A DNA stretch of 64,000 nucleotides, taken from contig CAJINV010000007.1 of assembly GCA_905178155.1 (NCBI GenBank), positions 4,304,258 to 4,368,257 on the forward strand. Reading direction: 5' to 3'. The translations under genes were made by a program, and so were the position numbers. The notes below the pieces were generated by a model. The model was not told where the DNA came from. It was given only the letters and a program-made list of their open reading frames with translations, and searched no databases. Each line of letters opens with the position of its first letter. Position 1 is the first letter of the stretch. Shown here one piece after another: positions 24,736-36,492 of this stretch. This stretch comes from Amoebophrya sp. A120 (Eukaryota; Protista; Dinoflagellata).

Positions 24736-26931
24736 TCAAACTGGCAGTTTGAGGACCCTTGCGAGGTGTCGGACCGCCGCCTGGCCGTTTTCTACCGACG
24801 CTTTCCAAATGGGGAACAAAACCGGCGAAGCCGCTTTGTAGAAACTGCTTTCCCGCACCACCCTGGGCAGGGTCATCTTGTCCGTGTCGCAAGTCCAATA
24901 GTCGACGACTTTGGCCCGGTGCGGCCTGCAGGCCTTCCAGGTCACGTGGTCTTTGAGTTCCTCCGGATCGCTACACTTGAGGAAAAAGTCTCTTCGGTGC
25001 GACCCGAAGACGCCGGATTTGTTGTCGTTGCTGTCCGTGGACCCCGTGCTGGTGGGGTCATCGTGCGTATTGAAGAAACGGTGCAGCTGGTAGGGGAAGA
25101 GCAGACTCAGCCAGTTCAGGTACCATGTGCTCCGCGAAAAGGGACTGCCGAGTTTCATACTCGGGATGTGCTTCAGGTAGGAGATGTGGCTCCATCGTTC
25201 ATATTCTCCGTATCCGAGTGCACAAATTTTTGTCCGCCTCCCCGTTTTTGATTTTGGAATGTTATGCGTGAGCAGACGCAAAGCAGTTTCCTGGTGTTAC
25301 TTTTGCATCACAAGTGTTGAGGGGAGGAGAACAACAAGTTGTGCACTCTGATAACCAGGTGGTAACGTTCATGTGCAGTGCCTTGAAGTTGAAGTAGTTC
25401 AAATACGTAAGAAACGCCGTCCAGACGGTGAGGAGGGTAAAGGCCACAAACGTGATGGGGGTCAGGAGGAAATACGGAAAAGGTTGGATATGCATTGCAA
25501 AAGTATCGCACTAGTATAAATTGCATCACAAATTTTGGCAAGAAGAAAAGTGGAATTTGTAATGCTGTTTTACCTTAGGATATTTGTCATGCATATTTGC
25601 AACTAGTACGAGTACGATACTTTTGCACAGGATATTGGATGCAGGAGAACCACTTAAACCACATGTTCTGCAGGAACAGGACTTCGAGGAAGCAGTAAAG
25701 GATGAAGTATCTGTGGAAGGTTTTGTGTGATTGCACTTCAACTTATGCTAGTAGCATGTTTATCATTATCAATTTTCATAGCTTGGTGACACATCAAATT
25801 CCAAACTCAAATCAAGGCTGCTTCTACAGTCCTGCAAGTTCAATACCGCTTATTCCTCTCCCCCACGGCCGTCCCGAGAAACTGACAGTAATGATCAAAC
25901 GTCGGCACGCACTGCTGAATCTGGGGGCAATGTTTCGTTCGCAGGGGCATGTAGTGGTCGCAGTAGTAGCAAAATCGGAGCTTCACTTTCAAATTTGTCG
26001 CCGGATCCACGACCACTTCTGGTGCGAAGTACTCCTCTTTTGTCATCAGATCCTCATTTGAATTCTCTACATTTTCTGCCTCCAGAAGTTCCTGCTTCGT
26101 CGGAGACGAAGGCGTGGTGTTGGTACTACTGTTGGCACCACCAGTTTTCCTTCCCGACGCAGGCTTCCCGGGCGATTTCACGTCGTCGCCGAGCAATTTG
26201 GTCGAATCCGCGACCATGATTTCATCCTGGAGATTGTTCGAGTTTATTGAGGCGCTAGTAGATTGATGTTCCACTTCATCGATGTCGAAGGGGTCAGACC
26301 CTGCAATCCCGCACGCCAAAACCCCGCCGCCGTTTTTCTTGTCAATTTTTCCGCGGTAGCACTGTTGCGTGTAGAGGTAGACGGCGAAGCTGAGGAGAAA
26401 GAGGCCGAGCCAGTCGCCCCAGTAGCCGCCCTCCTCTGGCCACACCAGCTTGTGGAAATTTTCGTCCCAGGTGGCGATGAGCCACAGGAAGAGGTGCGTG
26501 CCATAAATGTTCAGAAACGCCGTGAGGCGCGTGGACTGCTGCATGTACTGGAAATCCAGGGCATTCCGGTCCGTCGCACACGTGAAATCCCACGGTGGCC
26601 AGGCCACATCAACGACCACATACCGGGGGTCCTGGTGCCAAACCGGCAGGTTTTCCATGGAGAACTGCTGCCGCTTCAAGATCGGCGGTGGTTTGAAACG
26701 CAGTTTTCGGCCCTTGATGACGGTCGTGTAACTAGCGGGCTGTGCGGGGAGAGTTGGCTGGTGGGAGCTGCAACAGGACGACCCGGTTGATGGACCGCTG
26801 CCGTGGCCATGCCCATGGTGACTGTGCTGTTGCATCATGCCCCCGTGTTGATGACCACAATTGCCACTCTGACAGGATGAACCCCCACCTCCGGAAGCCG
26901 GGATTTGAGAAGCTGGTGCTGAAAACGTCAT
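24736..26931 (-). CDS. DHHC-family palmitoyltransferase, DHYC variant (~586 aa). Exons 26931-25847, 25710-25635, 25483-25355, 25206-24736
   Basis: Cys-rich domain FCYYCDHYMPLRTKHCPQIQQCVPTFDHYCQFLGTAVGERN-KRYF. One GT-AG intron (25711-25846) plus two introners. Splicing restores the TM segment and the TTxE motif. Confidence 0.88.
25211..25353. mobile_element. Introner IE6 (143 bp) with non-matching flanks
   Basis: TIR TATC(C/A)GAGTGCACAA. Flanks on the gene strand CTGGT / CGGAG are not a good direct repeat, yet element+5 nt removal yields NVTT(W/G)EYERW. Confidence 0.85.
25489..25634. mobile_element. Introner IE7 (146 bp)
   Basis: TIR TAT....TGCAAAAGTATCG(C/T)ACT(A/C)GTA. Direct repeat TTGGA at 25484-25488 and 25635-25639. 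Gives FSCIQ-PFPYFLL. Confidence 0.9.
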
Positions 26932-27632
26932 TCTTGTTTCTTTGTACGATGTTTTCTTGGAAAGGAAGACGCGAATCAACACCAATTCTGGTTGATGTTC
27001 CAGGTGCGTGGTGTCATAGATTTTTGCAACGGAATAAGGTGTAACTGCAGGAAGACAAGATCAAGAGCGGGAGCGACAACCTGACACACGTTCATCTGAA
27101 AGCTCGCGCACCCTATCTACTTACTCTCCGGTCTCTCTGCTGCCGCTCTCCTCAACGGACGTCCACACACGCTCGAAGGGGAACAAACCCTTACGTAATT
27201 TGAAAACGCAAAAGCGATTCTTAAGTCGGTTCTCGGATGCGGAAGTCAATACAGTGTGATCTTCATCTTAGTAATGTTGCCTTCATACAACCGAAGAAGT
27301 ACAAGTTGAAGCGCGTGCTGATCGCAACGAAGCAGTGTCATTCGTACATATGGCATAAACCAAAAACTTATGTGTAGCAACTCAGAGTGCGATTTTACAC
27401 GCAGAATAAAGCTAAAGCTTGCTCAGTATGATAGTAAAAGCATCTTGGAATTGTTTGGAGTCTACCGAAACTTAGAAGTTATCAACATCTTACACATGAG
27501 TACAGGTTGTACTTAAGTTGTTCCTTACGCACCACACTTCGTCCATTCAAAAACTGAATAAATTCGTGCAGCAGAGGACGAGGCGAATGGAGTTCGTCCC
27601 ATTGTCCTTCGCTTCCTGCTCTGCCACAAATT

Positions 27633-30437
27633 CTACCCACGCATGCACCCAAAGCACCCGCCTTTTTTGCCGCTTCCCCCCTTCCCGCCAGCCCCACCGC
27701 CATCGCCTCCGGGGACAACACTGGTGTATTGCTTTTTCAACAGTGGGGCGATCAAGGTTTCCAAGCCGTTCCGAATCTTCTCCAAAGCCGGCAAATCGGC
27801 GTTGGGGTTCTTCTCCAACCACTCTAGCGTCTTCGTGATCGCCTGGATGGCTTTCTTCCGTTCCGACCGGGAGATCAATTTGGAAAATTGGTCAGACTCG
27901 AGGGTCGACTTCGCGGAGTAGCAGTAATTTTCCAGCGAGTTTCGTGCGGCGAGGATCCCTTTCACTTCCCGGTCCTGGGCATTGTACCTGTGGGTTTTTT
28001 TTGTGGACGACGGGGCTTCATCATACCATTCTCAATTTCACCAATGAGGATGAATGTGTCACGTTGATGACGCGCAAGTAATCAAAATCATGCATCAGAT
28101 TCAGTGGAAGACTCGTTGCAACCCGGGGCCCATGGTCGTGCTGCATGTGCTTTGCAAAATCTACCATTTTAGCATTACCTTGCCGCATCCTGCATGTGCT
28201 GTTCGATCTCTTCCTTCGTGAGCCTCCCAGTGTCGTTCGAAATCTGAATCGCCCGTCGGTTCTCGCTGCCCTGACCCTGTTCCTCCGCTTGCACCGTCAA
28301 AATGCCGTCTTTGTCAATGTCGAACATGACCTCGATTTTCGGCACGGCTCTAGGCGCAGGTGCAATATCGGTGAGCTGGAACTTCCCGAGCAAATTGCAG
28401 TCTTTTGTCAGTGCCCGTTCGCCTTCGAAGACCTAGGGATTGTTTTGCCAGATTAGAATTCCGCAATTGATGTGATATTGCCTCGCATGCAGTTGTGCAA
28501 AGCAAACTTGTTCTCCGAAAGCATCCATCTACCTGCACGAGCACTTGCCTCTGGTTATCGGCAGCCGTTGAGAAGCCGCCCCTTGTTTTCCTGACCGGCA
28601 CTGTCGTATTTCTCGGTATCACCACCGTCATGGCGCCGCCGGCGGTTTGTATCCCCAAGGAGATCGGGCTCACGTCCAAGAGCAAGACGTCTGGGCCGGA
28701 ATGCGCCTTCGTCAAAATTGCTGCTTGAACCGCAGCGCCGTAGGCCACTGCTTCGTCGGGGTTGATGCTGTTCACACGACGGCTGTTTTTGGGTTTTGTG
28801 TTTTTTTTGTCGAAAAAGCAAAATGCAAAGCATGTGAAGATGCTAGTACTGTAAGGACCGGTTGCTCTTTCTGAATCGTTGTACAGGAAATAAACGCTTA
28901 CCCTCCAGCCTCCCCGTCGTTCCCCTTCCCGTTCGGGGATCCGACCATGTTGGATTGGAAACCGAAGTATTCATCCAGCATTTGCTTGATTTTCGGAATT
29001 CTTGTGCTTCCACCAACCAAAACCAAATCGTGGATGTCTTGTTTCCGGACCCCACTTTCCCGCAAGCAATCCTCCACGCACGACAGCGTCTGCTGAAAAT
29101 GTTTTGTGCACAGTTTTTCGAAAAACGCGCGACTGAGCTGCAACGTAAAGTCGATGCCCCCGTATAAGCTGTCCACTTCAATGGTCGCCTGCGTGGACGC
29201 GGATAAAGTTCTCTTCGCCCGTTCGCACTGCGTCCGTAAGCGTCTCAAGGCTCTGCTGTTCATGCGTTTCAAAAGGTCCTCTTCGGAGATTTTGTCCACT
29301 CGGTACCTGCCGTCCGTCCGCTCCCGCGTCTCGTCGTCGTTCGTGCCGCCAAACAGGCCCCCGAAATCGGCGAAAAAACTGGCTTGCGGCTTGGACTCCT
29401 GCTCCTTCCGATTTGTTTTCTCGATGACGCCCGGGTTTTTTCGCTCAAATTCCTTCACGCAGTGGTCCACGAGCAGTGAATCGAAATCCTCGCCGCCCAA
29501 GTGCGTGTCCCCGGCCGTGGCCTTCACTTCGAAGACGTTCTCTTCCAGTTGAAGGACGGAAACGTCAAAAGTACCGCCACCCAGATCGTAAACCAGGATG
29601 TTGCGCTCCGAACCTGTTGATTTTTACTTCAGTTTGACTTGTTTCACATCAACGAAGTTTGCCACACAAAACTGCGAAAGTACGCAGTGCAAAAACGGAA
29701 GCAGTTTGCTAGCGTAGCCCATGCACTACAATCTGCATTACAACAGAGATAGCAGCTTCTGCTTATTACTACTCAATACTTCCTCGTTCCGCTGCCGAAT
29801 TCATTCCGTACGCAATCGCCGCGGCGGTCGGTTCGTTCAAAATGCGCAAGACCTCCAGACCCGCGATCTTCCCGGCGTCTTTCGTGCTCTGCCGCTGCGC
29901 GTCGTTGAAATATGCAGGCACTGTGACGACCGCTTTCGTCACTTTGCGGTTCAAAATCGCCTCCGCGGTTTCTTTCATTTTCGTCAGCACCATCGCAGAG
30001 ATTTCTTCCGGGTCAAAATCCTTCCGTTCCCCCTTCAACGTCACGGATATCTTCGGGTTTCCCTTGCTCCCCTCCACGACTTTGAAAGGCCACAGTTCCC
30101 GATCTTTTTGCACCTCGTCGTCCCGGAATTTCCGGCCGATCAGCCGTTTTGCGTCGAACACCGTGTTGACCGGATTTCTGGCCGCTTGGTTCCACGCCGC
30201 GTCGCCGACCAACCGTTGCGTGTCGTCGAAGGAGACGTAGGAGGGGGTGGTGCGGTTCCCCTGGTCGTTGGCCAGCACCTCGATGCCCATCTCCCTTTGC
30301 ACCGCCACGCAGGAGTAGGTGGTACCCAGATCGATTCCCACCGCGATTTCGTTTTCGTCGGCCATTTCGTCGGGCACCGTGTCGGCCGGCGGTGGCGCGG
30401 ACGAACTGGAAGAGGATTTTTTCGGCTTCACACCCAT
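27633..30437 (-). CDS. HSP70: Hsp70-family chaperone, atypical (~742 aa). Exons 30437-29780, 29613-28902, 28782-28533, 28432-28179, 27987-27633
   Basis: [82 protein letters not shown]. Four GT-AG introns keep the frame. Confidence 0.95.
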
Positions 30438-31159
30438 CTTGGGAGCAAGGTAAAGTCGTACTTGGATTGCCTTCGCTTGTTCACCCGCAGATGAACCACT
30501 TCGCCGGCAATTACAGTTTGACTACAAGAAGAACTGCGAGCGCGAGCGTATGCTTCGTGCTGGTAAACGTAAACTGAAAGAGCGAAGGCCTCGGACGCCT
30601 GGTGCTGGTGATCTGAAATCGTTAGAGTTCCTAGACCAGCGGGCTCGTTTCTCGCTCTGGTCTCAGTTTCTCTAGATTTTTATCCCTCAGTTTGATTGCG
30701 TGTTGACATTCAGGTTACCTAAACGGATCGCGGTTCTTTGTCTAGGGAGGCGGCACAGAGAAATCCTCAGGAACTCACTGCAGGCAACGGAGAACAGAAT
30801 CAAGTGCAAGCGAAAGGAGATGTCGATGGACCGGCAACTGATATGGTTTGGCACCAAAAAATGAAGCGTCGCCTCATACTCACTTTTGTTGTGTTTCGCT
30901 TTGTTCTTTTTTTACTTGAACGGGCTCTTCGCCTCGTCAGTGTTCCTTCGAAATCGGGAAAAAATAAGACTGGAGGAAAAAAAAAGTTCATTCAATCCAG
31001 TGCATTTTTGTAAAAATGGCAGAGGCAGTTGTAGTAGGAGCAACTTGTTTGCCAAGTTACTTCTCATCTTACATAAATTCGGTTTTCAGACAAAGCTCCT
31101 TCGAAACAAGTTTACGTTCTTCAAGACCAGCACCACCAATCGCAGCGACATTCTCCAGT

Positions 31160-34117
31160 CTAGCGCACCAAGTGCCTCAAGAACGTCATGGCCGGTGGGT
31201 TCATACTGCCCGTGGAGTCCATTCCCGGGATCACGGCCGGAGCGGGGGCGGCCGGCGCTCCCATCGGCGCGGTGGGGTCCAACGTGCTGCCAGCCATGGT
31301 CGGCGGCGGCGGCGGGGCCACTGTGGCCGCGCTCGGGTCACCCATGGGCACGGTGGGCGTCAGGGAGGACCCGGTTGGCGGGGGCGGCGGCATCATGGTC
31401 GCATTGGTCATTGGCGGTTGGTCCTCCGGCATGGGCGGCATCGTAGTTCCGTTCATGGCCCCCGCCGCGGCCTCGTTGGCCATGCCCTCGATGTCGGTGG
31501 GGCCCGGGGGCGGCGGTGGCGGCATGGTGGCGTTGCCCGCCGGCATGGTCATGGTGGCGTTGGACTCCTCGTGGTCCGACAGGTGGATTCCCGCCGCGGC
31601 AAACTGGTCGTGGGTGATGCCCGCCTGCATGGCCATGTCGTGCACCGACGTGCCGTTCACGCCAAGCGGCACCATGTGCCCGTCGCTGGCCCCGGCCGCG
31701 TGGTCGATGGGCGGGGTTGGTTCCACAAAGTGCTCGTGGCCGCAGATCTGGTAGTGGTGGGGGAGAATAGAAGAGCCGATGTTTTATTTCTGCAGTACTG
31801 AATGAAAGACAAGTAAGATGACAGACTAAGAGCTACATTTGTGATATTGCATGACAAGAATGACACCAAGCTATCGTATACCATATCGCAGTGCGAGTGG
31901 CAGTCTCCGTCGTCACAGGCAGCGTGGCACTGCGCGCACTCGTCCTGGGCCGGATTGGCAATGTGGCCGCCGCAGGAATCGACATCACAGCGCATCATGC
32001 ACGCGTGGGGGATGACCGCCTCCTTCTTGGCCTCGCACACCTGACAGCCGGAAAAGCCCTCCTTCTTATCGGCGTCGCAGAGCTGGTGGCAGGTGCCGTC
32101 GTCGTAACTGGATTTTCATTTTTTTGCTTGTCATGCATGAGCTACTTGTACTTCTTACAATCAGCAATGCAGGTGCTCAGGCGTTTTCTCATGCGAGGAA
32201 CATATTCGAAAGTAAAGTCCGTACTTACCCCATGATGTCTTCACACCCATCGTGGCAGGCGTGGCAGCTGGAGCACTCGCGACTGCCTTCTGCAGCCATC
32301 AGCATTGGGTACGCCTGGTCGTAGCAATTGTTGTGGCACATAGAGCACGTATCCGCGACGGTTTCATTGGGGTAGTGCATGGCGGACAGCAGTCCCATTT
32401 CCGCCTCGCACTGCATCACGAAGTCCTCCCGCCCGATGCCCGCCGTGGTGTTCAGTTGTTCCTGCATGTGCATCGGAAGCATGTGCTTCAACTGCGCGCA
32501 CTTCGGGCTGGTGGCGATCATCGCCCCGGAAAGAACCGGCTCCTGCGTCGCGGCGATGTGGGCATCGCCGACGGCGGCGTACCAGCAGTCCTCCCAGTAG
32601 CGAAAGCAGTCGTCCGCCGGATCGGCCGGGATGTGCTCGCCCTGCGTCATGCACCCCTCGTGGTGGGTCTCGTGGTGCATCCGCCGTGCGTCCTCCATGT
32701 GCAGGACGGTCTGGGTTGGAGTTGTTTAATTGAATAATATCATCGACGTGCTAGGTGTTTTGTCCTGAAACAAATATGGTGCCACAGCGACACAATTTCA
32801 ATTGGAGTTGCGTCACCAGATGAAATGGACTCTATCTCTTCTTCCATTCATTCTCAGACACGCGTGCGAAGAGAGTTCACATCTTTCTTGGTGGTTTTTT
32901 CTCACATAGATGAGGCAAGAAGCACCACAGCAGCGAACTTCGTAAACAAAGCAAGCCGCCATGGCACGTCGAGAAACCACAAGTCTATCAACATCTCCTC
33001 CGTTGTGTCATCATGGTGTTACTCAGGTGTGAACGATACGTAGTAAAGAGTTCCAATCAGCGCCCTAACTTCTAGGTTGTATTGCTATAACCATGAAGCA
33101 GACTCAGATGGATCCCCTTCTTTATGTCATCATGTTGTAGTATACTTTTCTCTGTAATTTAAATTTTGCTGTCATGATGCCCTGAACACGACGCCCCCGA
33201 CGCTACAAAATTAAAACTGAGAGTGAAAGCCAGCACAGTCGAAATTTCTCCTACCTGTTCGTACATTTCGCACCCCTGCAAGTAGTCCTCCCGAAACAGC
33301 TGCGGCGGGATCTGTTCCTTCATCAGGTGGCCGGCTTCGAGCAAGTCCATGATCCGTGTGCACTGCGTGGTCGCGGTTTCAAACGTGACGAATTCTCCCA
33401 TGTGCGGGTCGTACTCTGGCCCCATGCTGTGGCACATGGACCACCAGGCCTGGCAGTTCACCGTCGGGGCGCGGGGCTGCGGGGGCTCCTGCCAGTGGAA
33501 AATGACGGAGGAGCAGCCCCACTTGTACTCTTCCGCGGTCCTGTATCCACAAAAAAGAGCAGCCATTATTCCCATCCGTCTTTCGCACGACACATAACAC
33601 AGGCGTTGTTTCTTGTTGTGTTCTTGTTGCATGCTTTGCATGGCAAATTGGGTCATGGGGAAAATGGGTCTTTTTTCGCGCATACCATGCCGTGCTCTTG
33701 CGAAACCATCTCCGGATCGAACAATCCCTCCTTGATCAGCGCCGAGATCCGGGGGCATTGCAATGCGGTCTGCGCGGTGATGTGGCGGTCCGGCACGAAG
33801 GCCGGCTGCTCCGTGTGCTCGCACTCTTCCCAGAAAGTTTCGCAGTAGGCCTCGGCGACCTCCGGGGACTGCGGGGGCGGAATGGCGTACAATCCGGTCG
33901 TGTAGTTGTAGCCGAGCACGACCTGCATCGCCTTCTCAGCGTCCCAGTCCTCTTTTCTGGAGAATTTCCTTGTGCGCAGGGCGGAGGTTTTCGTAATGGA
34001 GAGGGCTGTCGTGGTGGCTTGAGTTTTTGCATTGTTGGCGGCGAGTTTGATGGCAGAAGTGGAGAGTGACTGGTGGTCGAAGAGGACCAAAGACGTAAGT
34101 GCACGCGAGAGCGACAT
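31160..34117 (-). CDS. Probable secreted Cys/His/Met-rich repeat protein (~670 aa). Exons 34117-33686, 33539-33255, 32710-32229, 32107-31882, 31747-31160
   Basis: Three GT-AG introns and one introner join four ORF pieces in frame (2013 nt). Three CxxxWxxC...C...E(E/D)(Y/F)xxxC repeats, CxxCH clusters, Pro/Met/Ala-rich tail. Confidence 0.75.
33544..33684. mobile_element. Degenerate introner IE8 (141 bp)
   Basis: Imperfect TIR TAT(C/G)C(A/G)C..AAAAAAGA..CCATT. Imperfect direct repeat CATGG/CAGGA on the gene strand. Element+5 nt removal gives GM-TAEEYKWGC, matching the protein's internal repeat. Confidence 0.75.
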
Positions 34118-34519
34118 CTTGATGGGAGAGTTGTGGCGACTGATTTTCACACGTATACGAAGTAGAGAACCGACGCCGACAGCTGTAGGCACGCTTGCGC
34201 TGCTGCGGAACTGCAGGCTCCTCTACGCCCTGGTAGCAGGACGACACTCGCTTCGTTCTCCTGCGTGATAGGGCGTGGCAGGGACGACGCTAAACAAAGT
34301 ACATAGTTAGAGTAAGCAAGGGCGTTTTTTCATCGGTAAGAACAAGTGGCGCTTATTGTTATTCTAAGCGCAATAAGCTCAAGCACAACCGAAGAAAACC
34401 AGGGCACTGGTATTGAACTTCGGAAAGCAGAAGCACCACCACGAAAACTTGAAATAAAGCAAAAACGGCGTATCTCGTCGAGCGGAACACAACACACACG
34501 AAAAGAAATAAAGGAAAAC

Positions 34520-35960
34520 ACGCCATGGCCACCAGAGACGGACCGTCGGCGACAGAGGCTCGCTGCCGGTCGATGTGGTGCGAGGGAGTATGCCACCCTC
34601 CCGGGCGAGCCACGCCTCCTTTTCGCTGGTTGGTGTCGCGAATACCACTGCGGCACACACACACACACATAACAAGCAGGACGTCCTGGAGGCAGACTCG
34701 CGCCTGCTCCATCCGGGCGGGGGGTATGGCGGTGGCAATGCAAAGAAAGGGGCCCGCCCCCGGGCAGAGCGAACGGGGACGGGCGGCTGCCAGGCCCAAA
34801 GGAAGCTTCGCCCTAGGCGCCGGCGGGCGCGCCATACAAAAGAGGAGCAGGGCGGGGCCGTTGCCAAGGGCCGGGCGCGCCTCCGCTCTGCTATTGACAT
34901 ACTTCACTACCAGCCGGCCTGCACGGCTTTGGCGGCCGACCAATGCAAGGAGCCGGAGGAGCCCACGGACGCAAGCACGCAGGAGGCCCAAGGGCCGGCG
35001 GGGCGGGGCCCCGCCCGGCCGAGTGAGAGATACGGCGCCGGCAGGGAGCCCGGGGCCGGGGGGCCGCGCCAGTCGGGCCGGCCCGCTAGCCAGCAGGCCC
35101 CGAGGGGGCCCGGCGCGCGCCACCAATATTCGAAGAGCGCGGGGGGGGGGGCGCGGCGTTTTGGGCATCGGGTCGCCCGTTCCGGGATGTAAATAACATC
35201 GGAAGTACATAGATGACGGCCCTGGCCCCCGGCGCCACCGCGATCTATGATTTTCACGCTGGCGCGGGGCGCCACGCGCCCGCGCGCCGGCAACAAACGC
35301 CGGCCGGGCGGCCCGGGCGCTTTCGGCGCGCCCTACCGCCCCCCCGGCCCCGGGGGGCGGGGGGGGCAAGAAAAGCAAGGGCGCGCGGCCCCGGCCGGGG
35401 GGGCCGGCCCGGCAGACAGCCCGTCGGCCTTCGCGCCGCCCCTCCACACCCGGGTAGCGAAATGGGCGGGCGCGCGCCGGGGCGCGCGAGGCCTTCGGGG
35501 CAGCGCGGGCTACGTCAAGGGCCCGCGGCGGGCAAATCCGGCCGGGCCGGTCCCGCCAGGTATGGGGCCCGCGAACCGGATGGCGCAGACAAAACACCGC
35601 AAGCCCGGCAGTAGCACCTTCAGCGGGGCCATTCATTGGGTCGCCCGAAAGGCGTGGCGTAGCCTTCGCACTTTCTTCCCGCGCCCTGGGAAAGGCGCCG
35701 GCCGACGCGTGGGGCTGGAACCTGCCCCAGCAGCATCGCGCTAGAGCCCGCGCAGCTTTTGGCTTCCACCCAAAAAAGGCGGCCCCACATGCTAGGCAGA
35801 TACCCGGGCGGCCCGCTGATGTGGAGTGGGCCCGCTGCTTCGCGTCTGTGGCCCCCCCGGCGGTACGCAGCGGCGCCCTGCCGGGGCGCCGGGATTCGCC
35901 ACAGAATCAGGCTCGTACATTCCTCCCCGCTTTTCGTCGTCCATGTATCATCAGACACTC
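34520..35960. other. Very GC-rich intergenic island with G/C runs and a short (CA)n tract
   Basis: Visible composition shift. The overlapping G/A/R/P-rich ORFs in all frames show no recognisable domain. Confidence 0.7.
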
Positions 35961-36492
35961 CGCCACCGCTTCGGTGCGGCGACTCGTGCCCGCCGCTGTC
36001 CCTTGATCGAAGAACTTTGAAAATGTTTAACTACTGACAAGCCCATCGCTGGTTCCCCCTCAGCGCGAGCAATGCCGGCGCAGTTTTGTATTCCAACTGC
36101 TACTACAACTACAACGTGGCTTAGTTAACCTTAGCATCATTGCTGCGCCAGAACACAGATGATCAACGGGCACTTGAGTTTGACCACTAGTGTGAACGTT
36201 CACGGTAACTAGTACATGCCGATCCGACATTATCGGCCACGCACCTCTTCGATCTGGAGTAGGTATGTGCTCATTCTTCATAGTACTTTTGGTTTTGATG
36301 TCTTTAGCTTTCTAGGCGTACGGAAAAAACAATTACTCTGATGAGCAGGGCGTGCTCTCCACTGTCATCTATGCCCAATAGGGCTACAAAATGGAGCCCT
36401 GCCCTGACAGCAGCGATCATTATCGAGCACAACCCAGCTGCAGGAGCACCAGCACCGCACACACTCAGAGCAAGCACACCAATTGCGCTCGT

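Noticed and set aside
13571-30437. Functional cluster of a palmitoyltransferase with Cys-tailed calpain and Hsp70
   Set aside because: Eukaryotic gene neighbourhood rarely implies shared function; proximity alone is not evidence.
29721-30494. 257-aa + strand ORF opposite Hsp70
   Set aside because: Antisense shadow ORF, a well-known artefact of Hsp70 codon usage.
34359-35744. Long overlapping ORFs in the GC island
   Set aside because: Stop codons are scarce at this GC content; the translations are low-complexity with no domains.
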